A DNA stretch of 64,000 bases, taken from Hemiscyllium ocellatum (Eukaryota). The notes under the pieces are model-generated. The model was not told where the DNA came from. It saw only the letters and a list, made by a program, of their open reading frames with translations, and ran no database searches. The stretch lies in contig NC_083421.1 in the NCBI RefSeq assembly GCF_020745735.1, positions 53,683,001 through 53,747,000 on the forward strand, read 5' to 3'. Within the stretch, counting starts at the first letter, position 1, and the number at the start of each line of letters is the position of its first letter. A program made the translations under genes and the position numbers. Positions 61,301-64,000 of this stretch are shown in pieces.

Positions 61301-62854
61301 AGGCTGTGCAGTGAAGTCAAGAGCAAATTTTGAATTTTTGTAATGAATCATTCAATACCATGGAAAGTTTTCAGTTTCAAATCAAATTTAAAAAAAAACT
61401 AGCCTCAGCACCAGCCACATTTGAAAAAGTTGGAAGAATGATTTATGAATTGCCCAGGACAAAGGAGTAAAGGGCAGCACATGTATGTACATCTGGAAAC
61501 AGAGATAAATCAGCATTCCAGATAGAGACCTGTCATCATAGGACCCTAGATTATTGCACATGAACACAAAAGGTACAACTTTTGAACATTTGTAATTTTG
61601 TAAAAATGTGCAACAATGTTATAATAAGGTGCCTTAGGGATTAAGGAGAAAGTAGATCAATTGCAGTTTGCCAAGAGAGAGGAGTTATATGTAACACACT
61701 AAATTAAATTTACACATACAAATTCCATGACTGTTCAATTTATTGAAGATTAAAAAGCATTTCCTTTTATTTAACACTGGCTTTTTATTTCTTTGGCTAT
61801 CTCCATCTCTTTTCCCAATTTTGCTGTCCCCGTGTTTCAGATATTTGCATTTTTAGGGGTGCTTCTCAGTAACAAAAGCTATCAAAGAGTTTTACATCGA
61901 AGGGAAAAGTTTTCTTTTCACTGACATAAAGTCAATGAAGTGAAATCTGATCAACCTTCAAAACTATTTGAAATGCTTTGTGACCATTTTGAGAAATGTG
62001 ACAAATTGTTTCAAAGATTACTAGATTTAAAACTTTCTCTATTTTCAGAATTGCATTTAGTTCTGGTTATTTAAAGAAAACATTTTTTCATGGATTTTTA
62101 CAAATGCAAACAGTATTTTCATGATTCAAATTTTAAGTAATTAGTTAATTCAGTGTTGCTGGGTTAAAATACTGAAACTCCCTTCTTTACAGCACAGTGT
62201 GTACCTGCACACAAAGAACTGGAGCAGAGCAGCATGACCTTCTTCAGGGCAATAAGAGTTGAGCAATAAACGCTGTCCCAGCCAGTGACACCCACATCTA
62301 CATCCCCTAAATGAGTACAGCACAAAAGAAGCCTGTCAGGATTTGCCTTGAAGGTCAATTCCCAAATTCACAGTTTTTAAAAAAAACTTCCTATTCGTCA
62401 ACAATGATAATTCAAATTCCTGGTGGTCAATGGAGGTGTGCTTGAGCAGCTGAAATATATAGAACAGAAAGGTTACTAACTTAATTCCAGGCCACTACTA
62501 CACTAGTTCATCTCAGTTAATATGGTAGAGTGGGTGTCTCATATCCAGAATTATGGAGGCAAAAATTGGCTTGAGTTTCAATACTGAGTTCTTGTTGGAA
62601 GTGCATACATTAAGATACCAGATGCAAAAAAAAATTCAAGGTTGGCCACTATACTGATTAAGGTTGAAATGCCTGCAGATGATCATTTTATGACACATAT
62701 AAAAGATAAGCAATTCTCATATTTTGACTTAGGCTTTCAACCTCTGAAACAAGAAAGAGAAGTGCACCAAACCACAGGAACATCACTCTAAGTTTCTCAC
62801 CAAACCACACACGCTTTCAATTTGTACATATATTCCTGTTCCTTCCATCATTGC

Positions 62855-63375
62855 TGGTCTAAATACCTGGAGTTCACGACACAACATTGCATGAGCATCT
62901 TCAGCATGTATTGCCGGGAATTGTTGCCAGGAATGGAGGGTTTGAGTTAAAAAAAGACTGGAAATTCTTGGACTTTTTTTCACTGGAGCATAGGAGGTTG
63001 ATGGGTGGTCTTATTGAGACTTAAAAAATCATGAGGGGTATAGAATGACATGTGTCTTTTCCCTGGGGTGGGGTGGCAGATTCAAGAGTAGGTGACATAT
63101 TTTTAAAAGGTGAGAGGAGAAACATTTAACAAGGACAAGCAGGCCTTTTTTTTAAACATAGAAAGTGGTTAGCATGCGGAATGAACTGCTAGAGAAAATG
63201 GTGGATGCAAATACAGTTACAACATTTGAAAGATATTTGGATAAGTTCATGAATAGGAAAGGTTTGGAGGGATATGGACCAAGCGCAGGCAAATAGGACT
63301 AGTTTAATCTAGAAACATGGTCGGCATGGACTAACTGGATCGAACAGTCTGTTGGCATGTTGTAATACTCCTTAA
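62855..63375 (+). mobile_element. CR1 3' fragment
   Basis: ggagcataggaggttga...acaacatttgaaagatatttggat...tail. Confidence 0.8.
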
Positions 63376-64000
63376 CTCACCAGTACTCTCTCAAGGTTAA
63401 CTAGAAACCAGCTATGAATGTGTTACAGCTTCCACACTTCCAGAACAATTTTAAAATAAATGATACCTTGCACAATGTACCAGAGACTGAGTGACTCATC
63501 GTAGAACCAAATGCCAGAAAGAAGAAATTGAAAAACGTTGTTTAGAAATAAGTCAATTTAAAGCCAATCTGCATATGTGCACATTTATCTATGTACATTC
63601 ATAACCCGTTGATCATTAGCCATTAGCCATATCTCAAATAACATTTGCTTTCATTGCCAACCTTTTCTGCCAATGGCTGTAAAGCTCTGTGACTGTGGGT
63701 AGACTTCTAAAACCTCAGCCTACTGGCTTTTTTTCAAATGAAAGCCTAGACAGTGATACAGGAGAGACATTTGCTTACAGAAGAGAGGCATTAGCCAAAT
63801 TTATTCCTGTTACTACTCATGTCCACACATACTCACTTTCCAATTGGAAGCTCTAGATAATAAACAGGAGCAGAAGCATCAGTTGGCATTTTCCCTCCCT
63901 GGTCCAGGGACAGACCAAGTACAGTATGTATGCTAATATTTTTAGGTATGTTTCCTGATATTAGCTAACTCAGCATGAATTGTGATTCAAAACTAGTATC

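Overview
Vertebrate genomic DNA, very probably a shark (inferred from abundant HE1/V-type SINEs, Deu-domain SINE, CR1 and Penelope repeats). Gene order matches the reverse of the human LRRC8A-PHYHD1-DOLK block. DOLK (+, intronless, 5' end outside the window, ends 1179) converges on PHYHD1 (-, 11 coding exons from 36672 to 6627, all GT-AG, 870 nt = 289 aa + stop). Upstream of PHYHD1, where mammals have only LRRC8A, lie two intact tandem single-coding-exon LRRC8 (volume-regulated anion channel) genes (-, 39984..42401 and 50319..52814). Both are divergent and LRRC8D-like rather than LRRC8A-like; this is the most interesting feature. Other notable items: a complete 1.7 kb ORF1-only (HAL1-like) L1 element with 15-bp TSD, minimal hammerhead ribozyme motifs in Penelope-derived repeats, two local inverted duplications, a decayed Gypsy LTR element and a Harbinger transposase fossil. 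Comparisons to human proteins are from memory, not database searches, and repeat boundaries are approximate.
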